From the NCBI GenBank assembly GCA_040954595.2, contig CM082597.2:248001-312000 (forward strand): 64,000 bases of DNA, read 5' to 3'. The notes below the pieces were generated by a model that saw only the letters and a list, made by a program, of their open reading frames with translations, searched no databases and was not told the DNA's origin. Both the position numbers and the translations under genes were made by a program. Of this stretch, positions 1 through 12,386 are shown in pieces (the stretch's first letter is position 1; every line of letters starts with the position of its first letter). The stretch comes from Balanoglossus misakiensis (Eukaryota > Animalia > Hemichordata).

Positions 1-626
1 TTGGCACTGTTGTAATGACCTAAGATGCGGGTTGGCGGTGCTGTAAAGACTAGCCCTCGCCAAGTCACAATGAACAGTTATTATAATGGCGCCTGATTAC
101 TAATTCAAACTCTAGTCGTGAAGAAAAGTTAACATACAGCCAGTAACAGAATACATCCTAACAGTGTTAAACTTTCCTTCATTGTTCAGTTGGGTTATCG
201 CTACTCAAAAGTTTGGTAAATGACCGGGTATTGAAAGGTACGTTACACATGCATAATGTATATTTATTTATTCATCAAATCGTGAATAATTTAAATAATA
301 CGCATGCATGCATTCGTGGCATGAATACATGGTACGGGTATTAGATTAGATGTTTTAGTTACCAATAGACACTTGAAAGGGAGTAATGAAGGTGCTGGGA
401 ATAGCCTTTTGGTCATAGGGTGTAATGGAATTGTTTGGAACAGCTCTTGGCTAAGGAAATTGTACAATGGATATGAGATGAGAAAAGCAAGCAGATGGTC
501 GCATCACGCCCTGCAATAACATTAATAAAACAGAAAATAGCATTGTAGATGATTGATGAAAAACTGAACAAGACGTACTACATGTATGGGGAGGAATTCA
601 TTATCAAGACAGATACAGACATAGGG

Positions 627-745
627 GTAGACAGACAGACTCATACACAGGCAAGCTACATTCTGTATACTAGTATGTAGAGACGGACAGGCAGGCACAC
701 ACACACACACACACGCACAGAGACAAAGAGACAGACAGAGACAGA
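627..745. repeat. Compound (GACA)n/(CA)n/(GA)n microsatellite
   Basis: Visible runs agacagacagac, cacacacacacacac and agagacaaagagacagacagagacagag. Confidence 0.8.
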
Positions 746-3534
746 GTGTTGACGCATTACAATGAATGAGTCAGATGGGTTCATACATCGGATGTCGCCA
801 GTGGACTTCTGTCGACATGTTACAGAAAGTTGGCATTGAAACAGAGAGAATTGAAGTCTCTCTCCGTTATGAGTGCGTTGAACTATTTGGTGCGCTGACA
901 ACGACACGACGCTGTGTGATCACGTGTTAAGAACCCAAGTTGTAGGCTGAGTGACATCATCGTATGTTACCATGGTAACTGAGTTGAAATCTTTTAAACA
1001 CACACTAATCAAGGGTATTTCATGTTAGTTGGTTCTGCTATGTCTGGTAGATGGCATGGTATCTCAATGATTTGATCACGCACGGTTCCTTCATGTAAAT
1101 GATTGAATATAGCGAAAAGCACGTATTGGTTACAGCACTGCACGCGTTAAAATAATTGGTTATTGTCGTGCATACCTGGATATAGATTATAACGAAGCAC
1201 GCTCTTTATTTGCGTGAGGCAGATCGATCACCTATAACCATAGCAACGTCAATGTACCCTTAAGTCATATTTAATGGCTAATGCATTGATCTAGAGTATG
1301 GTCTTTATCCAGGCACTTTGTTAATCTACATCCGGGCACTGCTTAGAAACATATTGACCCGTTTCCCCACCGTCTCTGTATCATCAACTTGATAAGAGCA
1401 CCTACATATATTTTGAAGTTTCTATTGTCTAAGTCAGGAACTGAATATGATATCACAAACCCTACAGAAAACGAATGGTAATTTATTCTTCAATTCTGGG
1501 CGGTTAAACGAAAGATAAATTTCCCATCGCATGCTATGGGAAAGAATTAAGGTATATTTATTTTAGTGAGTACTTGTGAATTAAGTTTAATTTGTGGAAC
1601 TCTACAAATATTTGCATGAAATGACGTTAATGAAGTCATAGTACCGTACCATGCATATTCCCTTTCGCTTACATAACAACTTCTTCACTTGGAATTTAAT
1701 CAATATTGTTCATAATCAGAAGCAGAGAACGCAGTGTTTAGAACTGTGTGGGTACCCCATTCTGCAAATGGGATGATGGGTAAATTAAAACACATGAATT
1801 ATTTACAGCTTGGAATGGGGTGGTGGTAATAATGCTGGTTGACGTTGACGGCGATTTGATGAGCTGACCCTGACCGTCATGCCATGGGAGAACATCACTT
1901 ATACAGTACGTTACACAGACTCGAGCCTAATGACTTCAATTGATGTATGGATTTAAAGCGAGAGTTCCTTTGCGCGCTATAGAAAACCTCATGCACATAT
2001 TTGACACTAAATCCCTGTATTTCTATCTTACTCAGTCAATAATTTGTGAACTTCAAGTTAATTTTCTTTACCATATCTATCCAACTACATCAGCTATTAA
2101 AAACTCTACATGTATTATCAAACCCTCTGACTCTAATACCTAATCATTTAACTGTGTCCTCCGCCATCAATTATGTTACACACATCGATCGGTCATCGAC
2201 AGAATGAGAGTATCACTTCTATTTCTGGAATACCACATCAAAATCCAAAGTATCGATTTCAAAATTGTGACTGAATTAAAGTGAAGCAGGGTTTGCGTGA
2301 ACAGCTGACGCGAGCTTTGAAATCGAGAATGTGAAAGAAAGTAAGTTGACCTTAGTATTTTAATGGCCCTTCAAGTATTTGTGTTGACAAGATTAACAAA
2401 GAAAGACTACGACGAGCTTTATTCCTGCAGGCGGCGATATTGATAATTCTGAAGTGGTTGCCATACACAATCAAAGACTGTAGCAACAACAACCTTTCAT
2501 TGTGTCCCCGCATTGTTTGAAACGATCATTTTGAGATTTCTTTGACTATTTCTGTCTTTTCTATAAATGCGACACAGGAAATTGTTCAACAGTATATGTA
2601 CTTGCAGATAAATGTAGTCTTAATTTACATGAACTCTAAGAACGAAATATAAGTATTGTCCCCAAATGTACAGTGCATTTTGCTATGCCGAAATTATCGC
2701 CATCGATCGGACCCAATTTGTGTCTTTCTTCACCAACTTAAGTGGGATTATTACTTTGACGTGAAATGAAGCGAAATGTCTGACTTGACTCCACCCACTA
2801 GGACAAGCATTCTTTCGACACTTCTTCGTTATAATCCACTACTTCAAGTGTAATTACAAGTTCGGTGATCACTTCAAGTTGTGTTTTGTATTTTGATGTA
2901 CAGAAGTGCTTTCCTCAAAAGCAGCTTATAAGCTTGAACGAATTCAATGCAATACATATTTCTACCGATGTGTCGAAAATTATCAATTACCGTTATATTT
3001 TAATAACATTCCAGCCCCTGCTTATATCTGACCTGTCAGTTTGTGCTCTAAAATGTTATCAAGGTTATTAAGGGTAAATTAATTCAAATTGTTAAAATTC
3101 ACAACCAATACACCTCTCATTTGCATAAGGAACGTGTACACATTTGCGGGGTACGTTTTCAGGTAAGTCCGACAGATCGTTGGTTTGACAAAGTTCTAGT
3201 GAAATAAACCCGCATATATCTTACACGGAGCCACAAATAGTTGCCTTCAATCCATATTCCATAATACTGTACCTACACTGACGAATAATTAGTGTACATG
3301 CGTACACATACAGTACTTGCAAACAAAACTAGGATCCAAAAATCAGTCTATACACACAGCGTCCTAATTCTAAATGTAGAAAGAGCACCATTTGTGCCCA
3401 TGAAAGATTATAACCTTTGTAACATAACACCAACAGTCTCCAACATGTGCGTATATGGTTGACACCTATTAGAGCCTGGGTCAGCTTTGTATCTCACACG
3501 TTGTAGCGGGGCGTGGTGTGATGTGAAATATCTG

Positions 3535-3633
<99 letters not shown>

Positions 3634-3788
3634 CGTCGCCATCAGTGTCGTCATCATCAGCATCATCCTCATTATCATCATCATCATCATCATCGTCATC
3701 ATCAACGTCGTCATCATCATCATCATCATCATCATCATCAGCATCCTCATCATCATCATAATGATGATGATGATGATCATGATGATAA
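3535..3788. repeat. Trinucleotide microsatellite: (TGA)~32, then imperfect (TCA)n, then a short (TGA)n
   Basis: Pure tgatga run 3535-3630, degenerate tcatca run ~3641-3759, tga again ~3762-3788. It produces the spurious poly-M/D/S/I ORFs in the track. Confidence 0.97.
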
Positions 3789-3923
3789 TGGATGCCCATT
3801 GTAGTTGTAAATGAACACAGCAAGTACTGATTGACATCTACAACAAAGACCTTAATTTTACCCAGCTCCGAAAAAGTTTAACACACGCCAAGTTTGTATA
3901 TACATGTATAACAAAGAACCTAC

Positions 3924-6036
3924 CGGCATTTACACGAACGCTTCGACTAACAATAGTTCCGGCGCTGTTCGTTGCCAGGCATCTATAGACGGCAGCATGG
4001 ACTTGACGGTTGTAATCCATTGGGTTAAAAGGCAGGAATATCAGGGTACCATTGTCTAACACCAACAGCAGATCATCAAGACTCTCTACCGCATCACCAT
4101 CTTGTTTAATCCATCTGACACGTGGCTCGTCTTGTGCATATGCGCTACAGTGCACACGCCCAGTCTGTGTGTTGGCAAAATCGACTTGGCTTGGAGGTTG
4201 GTAGATGAAATGTGGTCCAATGATGGAAGGGGGGCTAGTTGTGGAGGTGCTATTCGATGGACTGACACAGAAACTCGCTGAAAAAAAGAATATCAAATTC
4301 CATTGATTGAGCATATAAGTTGACAAATTACAGAGTTTTATTTCCATATTAATATAGTATAATAAATAGAAAATGTACTCGATCGGTTAAATGAACTTTA
4401 AGTCATTTCATTCAAACAGATATAGTACTCTAAGATAATATGAAACTTTCAAAGAAATTATGAAGTATGGGCCAATTCATTACATTAAAATAAATTCTAA
4501 AATCACTTGGCAATATTGTTTTGATGTCGCTCCTTTTGAGATTTGCAGTCATTACCACTCGCGGTAGAACATTATAGACTTTGCACGAAAGACGGTGTAA
4601 TGTGTGTTAACTTGTGTGGGAGTGTAATTTGAACACGACACACGGATTAGCAGATGATAGGTACACTAAGTAGATTATGATGAAATCTGATAGACTAGGA
4701 TACTCTCTATACATAAACTAAATTACATGCAATGTTGTACAAAAGAAGCGGTGTCGCCTGGCCATATTGTCTGAATAAAGGATTTCTAATTGAATGTCAT
4801 ACCGATGGGACGTGGTTTCACAATGCAAGCAAAACCCGCATCAACGATCCTCAATGAAAACATACAGACTTTGTTTATTTTCTTTGTAATGGAAAATCAT
4901 TGCACAAGTTTATAAAATATTAAGGCAGTATAATTTCGAGGCGAACAAGATAATTAATGAAACAGAGTATAAATGTTATGTCATTAAGAATATAGCGGGA
5001 AAATATGCAAAAATATGCAAACCATCTGTTTGCGTGTTAATTCTACATGTACATGTATATGCATGTATGAATGCATATGCATGTATGTATATGTGTTTAA
5101 AGATTATCGTTTATGATGGTCATGTTTGTTGACCGTCGCTCAATAACTGTTCCCCATTTTAATATAACGGAATAGTACCTTAACACAAAGACAGAACTAT
5201 TGTTGACCTTATCATAAATCGGTTGACATGGGAATCTTTTATCTTATACACCGTTCCTTAGAACTGCATTGTCAGTCTTCTACCGGGACGTTAAATTTTA
5301 CAAGAATACATCACAAAAGACATTAAACATTACAAGTAAAGTTTCTGTGTAATTACTTTGCGTTTGCCGAGGGGAATATACCCGCACAAATATTCTTATA
5401 AATATCCTAGTATATAACACATTGCCCGGGGTAGCTTTCGTCACAGACACTTTTAAGACTTCTTCGGCAAATTTTAGCAGAGATAGCCAAACGTTGTGTT
5501 TTTAATCTTTACAAGCGTTGTAGTTGTGTGGAAATTTCGCTCGAATCGGTTTGGACTGAGCAAAGAGGATGGTCTGACAGTCTCCATTCAACTTTGGAAC
5601 GGGTTTTATAAATGGCGACTTCATCGTGCGTAGTCGGAAATGTTTGGATCCTGTTGCGGGTAGTACCCCGCCAAGCATCGCCAAGCGATGTATACTAATG
5701 AACGTATGGTCAAAACAACTGAACGGCGTTATAAACGTGCCCCGAAACAAGATGGTTAAATGCAGGTAGCTATAATTTTTGAGATGATTCAATATCGCCG
5801 TCATAAAATACACAAATGACAGGTGAACATGGTTAGTTTTGAAATTCGAACAGTATAAATTAGGTTTGTTGTGGAAATTGTAGAAATGATTAGCACGGTT
5901 GTCTTGCGACATAAAAGTGGTCTGCAGTTGCTCGTGTTCTGGGGAGCACGCATCAACGATTGTAGTCACACTCACCTGGAATATATACGGCTAATATCCA
6001 GACCAGTAGGAAAGACCCATCTCGGCGTAGCTCCAT
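3924..6036 (-). CDS. Dscam/DSCAML1-like Ig-superfamily cell adhesion molecule, 5' part (signal-peptide exon and Ig1 exon); the gene continues beyond the left edge of the window
   Basis: Exon 6036-5976 encodes MELRRDGSFLLVWILAVYIP (hydrophobic signal-like) and ends CAG|GTGAGT in phase 1. Exon 4277-3924 (tttttcag acceptor, G|GTAGGT donor, phase 1-1) encodes GPHFIYQPPSQVDFANTQTGRVHCSAY...W...LDNGTLIFLPFNPMDYNRQVHAAVYRCLATNSAGTIVSRSVRVNA, which matches the characteristic Dscam first Ig domain. Confidence 0.85.
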
Positions 6037-9000
6037 ATTTCCAAAGATTAATTTCAGGGATGAAATGGAATCAGTAATAGTCACGGTATCGGATGATGGT
6101 TTTTCAGCCGGCGTCAATTACACGTACTCCTGTATTATCAGTGCAGCTAGCCGCTTAATCCATCTCTGACAGACCTGGTTGAATTGGAAATGTATTGGAT
6201 GTCAACAAAGTGGCCATCGGTGAAATGCGCGTATGACAAGTAACGCCAAACTAACCAATTTGTCTGGCAAAACTTTACAGAATGATTATTCCCAGATTAA
6301 TTACAAGTATTATTCCAACAAGCAATTATTGCAGAACCAACAGTTATCGACGTATAAATAAACTTGCGTGCTAGCAGACGCTCTGGGACAATCAACCGTA
6401 AAATGACGACTTCACCGGACCACGCTGAACTCATCCAACTCAGCTGATACGAACATGCGCTTGAACTTACTGCTCGTGATATTTGGTGTCTACCAACGGG
6501 ATATGGTTCCCCACATTGCACTGGTCAGGAATTATCCAAATGTTTGCTATCGTTGACAAGCCGCCGCTCCCGTACCAGTGCGTTCTCTGTGAACGTATCG
6601 CTTTTTGTGGAGTGACCGTGCACACACCTACTACACTACTCCCTACCATCAATTTGCGTGTTTGTTTTTCACATCACTTCTCAGCCCTCTCGCGTGCCAG
6701 CAGAAGTGTCACGTCGTCCCATTCTCCATATTTGGATACTCATTACCATATAAATAACGGCGCTCTATGGTGGCTTGACTGGAGAGTCTTGAAACTAAGT
6801 CTATTCATAAGCAAATCACTGTTCAAACAGGTGTTGTACTGACTCAATGGTTTAAGGGGTCTGCCACGTGCCAACACAAAAGCTTTTAATTTGCCACACG
6901 CCGACGTTTTGTCCTCCCAGCTGCATAAACATCTTGGAAATCATCCTAAGTATTGTAGAGCAGGGTAACACCTCTCAATGAGACAGTCCAATCGGTATTG
7001 TTGCAGTGGTCTACAAACACTTAGTGTAAGATTTGTTCCACATTGCCAGGGGACAGGTCATCTCAGAGGTCGCAAGGCAAGACGTGCCGACGTCACTCGC
7101 ATAATAGCCATGGTCATATATTAACTTATCAACTTTAAAACCATGGCAATAAGAATGAATGGAATTATTCAGTGGATACCACAGTCTGGTAAATCTAAGA
7201 GGCACTTTCATTGAGTGAATGTTTGGTGTGTAAATATATTACTGCAAGATGATTGTAATTATAGGCCTATTCTGATTACAATGAGTATGGACTGCCCCTT
7301 GAGCTGGCAAACCTTCCAGCTAATCTTCAACGTAGAGGTGATTCCAGTAACTTTAAAGTCCAGCCTTTGACAACTTAGCTTTACTGCAGTGAGTTACACC
7401 ATCGCCATCTTCTTTTTTATATCATGCTACGTCTTCCGAATAAAACGATTACACTCTCCAGTGGATATCTGTAATTGCAATACCACTCTCTTTGGAAGAT
7501 TATCGGTACTTTGGCGCAAAATTGTCCTTGACTTCTAATCATAATGTCTTACTAAGAGTATGCACCTGTAAACAAAGGCTTCGATACCCTAACATTAAAG
7601 TGACAATGTCGTTCAGTTGACAATGTTCAATTCATGATTCAACTCGCATACTTTACAAAATATATCGAATTCCGCATTTGTATCTCCACTATAATCATAA
7701 AGGCGCCGGTCGGCCCATGGTTGCCATTTCCGATAACATTTTCCTTTTCAAATCACCAAAGATTGTTACTGTGATATATGTGCACTGTACAACCCTGGTG
7801 CTTTTAAGTAAAACACTTCGATAACCAGCTGTTGAATGGTGCAGGGGGTTGCTATGGTATCTACCACACATCTAATGGTTCTGTGGGTGAATTACAGTAA
7901 TCACGCAGACTGTTTCCGCCATGTCGTGTTAACTCAATCTGCAATCAAGGGTTGGTAGCCTGTATCAATCTGATTAACATGGACGACAGCACCAGAGAAT
8001 ACCGCGTTAGTATAGTAGTTGCCGTACTCTACATCTGATTTTAATCAGATTGGCTTTCACCTGAACAATGAAACACACATTTCTGCATTTTGCGTGGGAC
8101 AGCTATATGAGACAGCTATGTGGGGATTAACAGTTAACCGATAGCTTACTATATTGTACCCTCTTCTTATAGTTTGTTTCTCTATCTTTGAACCATTTCT
8201 CTATCTTTGAACCATTGGAAGCAGACATTTGTAATACGCTGGGAGTTTTAGCATCGGGACACACTCCATCGATTGATACCCAAAGGCACGCTTGCTGCAG
8301 TGACAATGGGTTGTATAGTACGTAGATATTGCACTCAGACGTTCCCAGCGGATCAATGTATCAACACTACATCGTGATGTTGACACACACGGTGAAAAGG
8401 TTGCAGTATAAAAACAACTGTGGTAAAATCAGTGTGCAGGAAATACACGTGAATAAACCGTGGTTTAAAATATGCAAACCGCGATTCTGATATTACCATT
8501 CAACTTTGTGGGATCAGATCACAGGTGGTTTCAAACGCATCTGATCTCCACTGTCGTTTCGGGACAAAATTTGTGCTATAAAGTTGTTTTATATTATAAG
8601 ACTACATCTAATATTAATAATACACCCAATGCGAAGGTTTCGCAAGGTTTCATGACAACGCAGCGCGTACGTACAGGTCCTCGGTTGACAAGAGAGCAGC
8701 GCCCGGCCGTCCGCGTACGTTCAGCCCGTAGTCTCGCTGTGCGACGTCGGCTTCACATTTTCGTGGACGTCGTAATTTTTCTGATTATATTTAAATCTGT
8801 CTGTACCAGAGGAACATAGACGCTTCAGAAAAAATGTGTTGAAGTATATTTCACCGAAATATATCCGTAAACACGAAACAAACATATTTTCAATGTTCCT
8901 TGCAAGGCTCGCTGCTAAAGCACGTAGGCCTACACGATACGATATCTTTCAGATATACAATATTTCAGTCTAAAACATACATAGGGTACTCACCAGTGAG

Positions 9001-12000
9001 CGTATCAACAAGTACTTGGTGTCGTTTTGTTGAAAAACCATCCGCCCCTTCGTATTTTCACACACAAATCGGCCTCTTCCGTATTCAAACATAGCGTCGT
9101 CTGGTCATTTTCCGCACTTCCGCTCCGCGATTTCCCATGAAACCTTGCGCGTTCGCAAGATTCGCATTGCTTGATGCCGGAAGTCTCACCACGTGGTCCA
9201 CCCTATTTTGCATAAAGACTTGACCCCAGGTGGCAGGTTGACCATTGTATTTGCCACAGGCAACAGTACTACCCCCGTGGGCAGATCAATTTCAAATCAC
9301 AAAACAATGTGAGCACGGGGTGATGTCTCTGCAGGCGTGTGTCAATCGCACCACAGACAAAAGTACAACTATTGGTGGATAATTGTCAATTGTTCTTTGT
9401 TTTTCTTCGTATATTATACGGCATATTGCAGTGAATACAAGATGGCTAAGCGAGCAGTGGTCAACCACGTATTCACATGCAAATAGGAGACATGCATGGC
9501 CAGGTTCTACGAGCATGCATGCTGGTACGTCGCATTGATGTTGTGTTGCTCGGGGCCAAAAGAGAAACTTCTAAATTGGTATTTTATTCATTTTGATACC
9601 CTGTCCTGTGTTACAGACTCTTTTGGAATACAGTTTTGAACGATACATGTACACACTCCAGGATCTATGGTCTCTCATAGATATACTTCAGTCTTCAGTG
9701 ATTTCGGATTATAGCCCAGTCAAACGATGCTCTCACGGGAAAGCTTTTTTCGGCTACAGATGTTATTTCTATGGTCACATGGATGTTCAATTTGGACTCG
9801 GTGTCTAAAGTGGAAACTTAATGTGGGTGAATAAATCGAGACAGGACTGAAGACTTAACATTTTCTGTGGTATCTCAACACTTCCTTACGCTTGACTGCT
9901 AGCAGCTTTTTGGAGCAGTAATCACAAAGACGCTTCCATGGGAAAATATCCCTAATGTCGCACATGGTCTACGGCTGTCAACCGTGCATTGGCGTCAGAA
10001 AACACGTTTCCCCTGGAGATTTTTCACTCCATTTTGTCATGTTTACTTTATTCGTTCTACGAATGAAGGTTTTTGTGTTGTGGTCTGAAAATAAGTGTCA
10101 AGTAAACTTTGGATTGAAAAATATGCGTGGGTTACACGTGCCAAATTGTATGAAAAACATGCGCACACCCGATGTTTGATGTAGTTGGACAATAGGCGAC
10201 AAGACTTGCCATAATAGAAACCATTGTATACACATACATAGGGCACTGTGAAATAGGGCCTATTATTTGGTTGTCCATGAGTTAGTCTGAATGGAATAGA
10301 TTCATATGACGAAGTAAAAACAATGAATTGTATGGATATATGACCCTTGATAGCCCAAAATTTGATTTCAATATCGCATTAATTAACAGATTTCACAAAA
10401 CCTATTCACGTACCTCCATGGTTGTAAGAAACACGAACTGAACGATCCCGTCGCTTGGTGGCGCTCTTTGCAGAGAGTGAACTGACAATGAAATTTACAT
10501 GGTGGTCCTCTTTTGTCACATTAAGGGTTTCTTTGCCAGTAACTGTGCTTTTATTTAATATCTAATAAAAAAATAATGGGAATAAATGACTAAATGGATC
10601 AGATCTAAAATATTACAATCCAGTTTTATTCTGATATGCAATTACAGTATCCCCTCAATTCCAATCTTTTAATAAATATATAATCCTCCTGAGAATAATG
10701 AATTCCTTTTTGAAAATTACAAATCACAGATTTTGTGACAATATGTACATCTATTTCTAAGTGGCATGGCATCTGATGGCATAGCTCAGTAGCCTGAGAT
10801 GCCAAACAAATCATACATATAATATTATCAATGCAATGTACATTCTTGGTTTTTATAGCAAAACTGCGCAGCAAAAAAACAACATGATATCATTTCTTTC
10901 AATGTGGAATTGGAATTATTAAGATCAGTTATCATATGCAGGAGTGTATATGAAACAAAAAGATGTACATATCAGAATGCTATTTGCAAAACAAAAACAC
11001 CATTTCCAATTACTCTCTGCAATACGAACAAATGTTCACTAAGACTGACAGAATTTTAAGTTGACAGATTTTTTGCAATGTTTAACAAGTAGAAGTGTAT
11101 AAGCCAAATAAATATGAGTCACATTGAAATTTTGTACAAGAAAATTTAAAAAAACATAAACATTAAAAAAATTAGATGGGTTCTATATGAAAAACATTTA
11201 AACTGACCTAAATGAAGGTTTACTACTGTGAATTTGGACTTTCCTTCTTGATTTGATCCCCTAACATGAAGTACACAGTCATTTAAGGTTCAGAGATTGT
11301 CAGTCATATTAAGTTGTACAACTAAACTATGTGGAATGCATACCAGTATGTCATACCACACTGTCATTGCATCACCTTTGAAAGAAATCAATTTACACAT
11401 GGTGATGACAGGCTTAAGATGAAATACAATTGATGCACAGTGAAGAAAAATATACTATGTTAAAACATGAAATTATTAATTCATGTTATAAAATACCTTC
11501 ATTTAACAATAGTCAAATTCTCAAAAGATCTCAGTAGGGGTACACTGGTTTATACAAAAACATAACAATATGTGAATAATGAACTTCGGGGTTGTGGGTA
11601 ATTAAAACATGTACATGTAGTATATGGTAAACAAAATGTCTTCATATTAAAATGCATGAGGTAAAGCTGTGTTTTATTTACCACATGTAATTTTACACTG
11701 ATTTTTGTGTGTAAAAATTTCACAAGTGCCAGGCCAGAGTATGTGTGGCACAGAAACTGCTTGTAGGAAATATAAAGCCCTTAAAAATGTGCCTACGTCT
11801 ACCACACACAGTGAGGTCTCCTTGATTGGGTACCCATCACAAGAAAGGCTCAGGGCCTGGTGTCAACAAAGACAGAGCGACACCAACCATAAATGATGAT
11901 GCCAACCATAAATTGGGATGCCAACCACCAAATGACATGCACCACTATAACACCAACCTATGGCATGACACATACCAGTTCATACACCATATATAAAGGC

Positions 12001-12386
12001 ACTATGCAATATTGCATTGACCTAAGTTCGGTTATTAAAATGATACGCAAACTTGCAGCATATTCAAAATTTCAAAGATATACATCCATTTTCATGTCAA
12101 GACATCACTTTTCATATTAAAACCTTTGCTGACCATGTTCTGGTAGTGAATGGCTTGAAGAAATGCAACTGGGTTTGTCACAGTTAAGTATTGGTTGCCT
12201 TGATGGTAATGTCAACTACCAGTGGGTCATGGTGAATCTTTCAAACGTATCTGGCTGGGTGGTATACTGAAATACTGCCACCCTACTTAGTACAGTAAAA
12301 CCTACTCAAATTGAATAAGCATTGTCATACTGTTATATATCCCTGACATTTTAAGTATTGTCGGTCCATACCATTGGTCGACCATT

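Noticed and set aside
1-40. Possible next Dscam exon (tttacag|, phase 1, APPTRILGHYNSA...)
   Set aside because: The polypyrimidine tract is weak, the sequence is truncated by the window edge, and I cannot recognise an Ig2 sequence.
3481-3837. Poly-Met/Asp/Ser/Ile ORFs
   Set aside because: They are translations of the (TGA)/(TCA) microsatellite inside an intron.
5502-5975. 157-aa minus-strand ORF
   Set aside because: It starts at the GT of the Dscam signal-exon donor, so it is intronic, and has no recognisable domain.
8993-9092. ATG-containing exon-like segment with a GTGAGT donor (MFEYGRGR...)
   Set aside because: It is phase 0, incompatible with the phase-1 Ig exon, and not signal-like. 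At most it is a 5' UTR exon of the Dscam-like gene.
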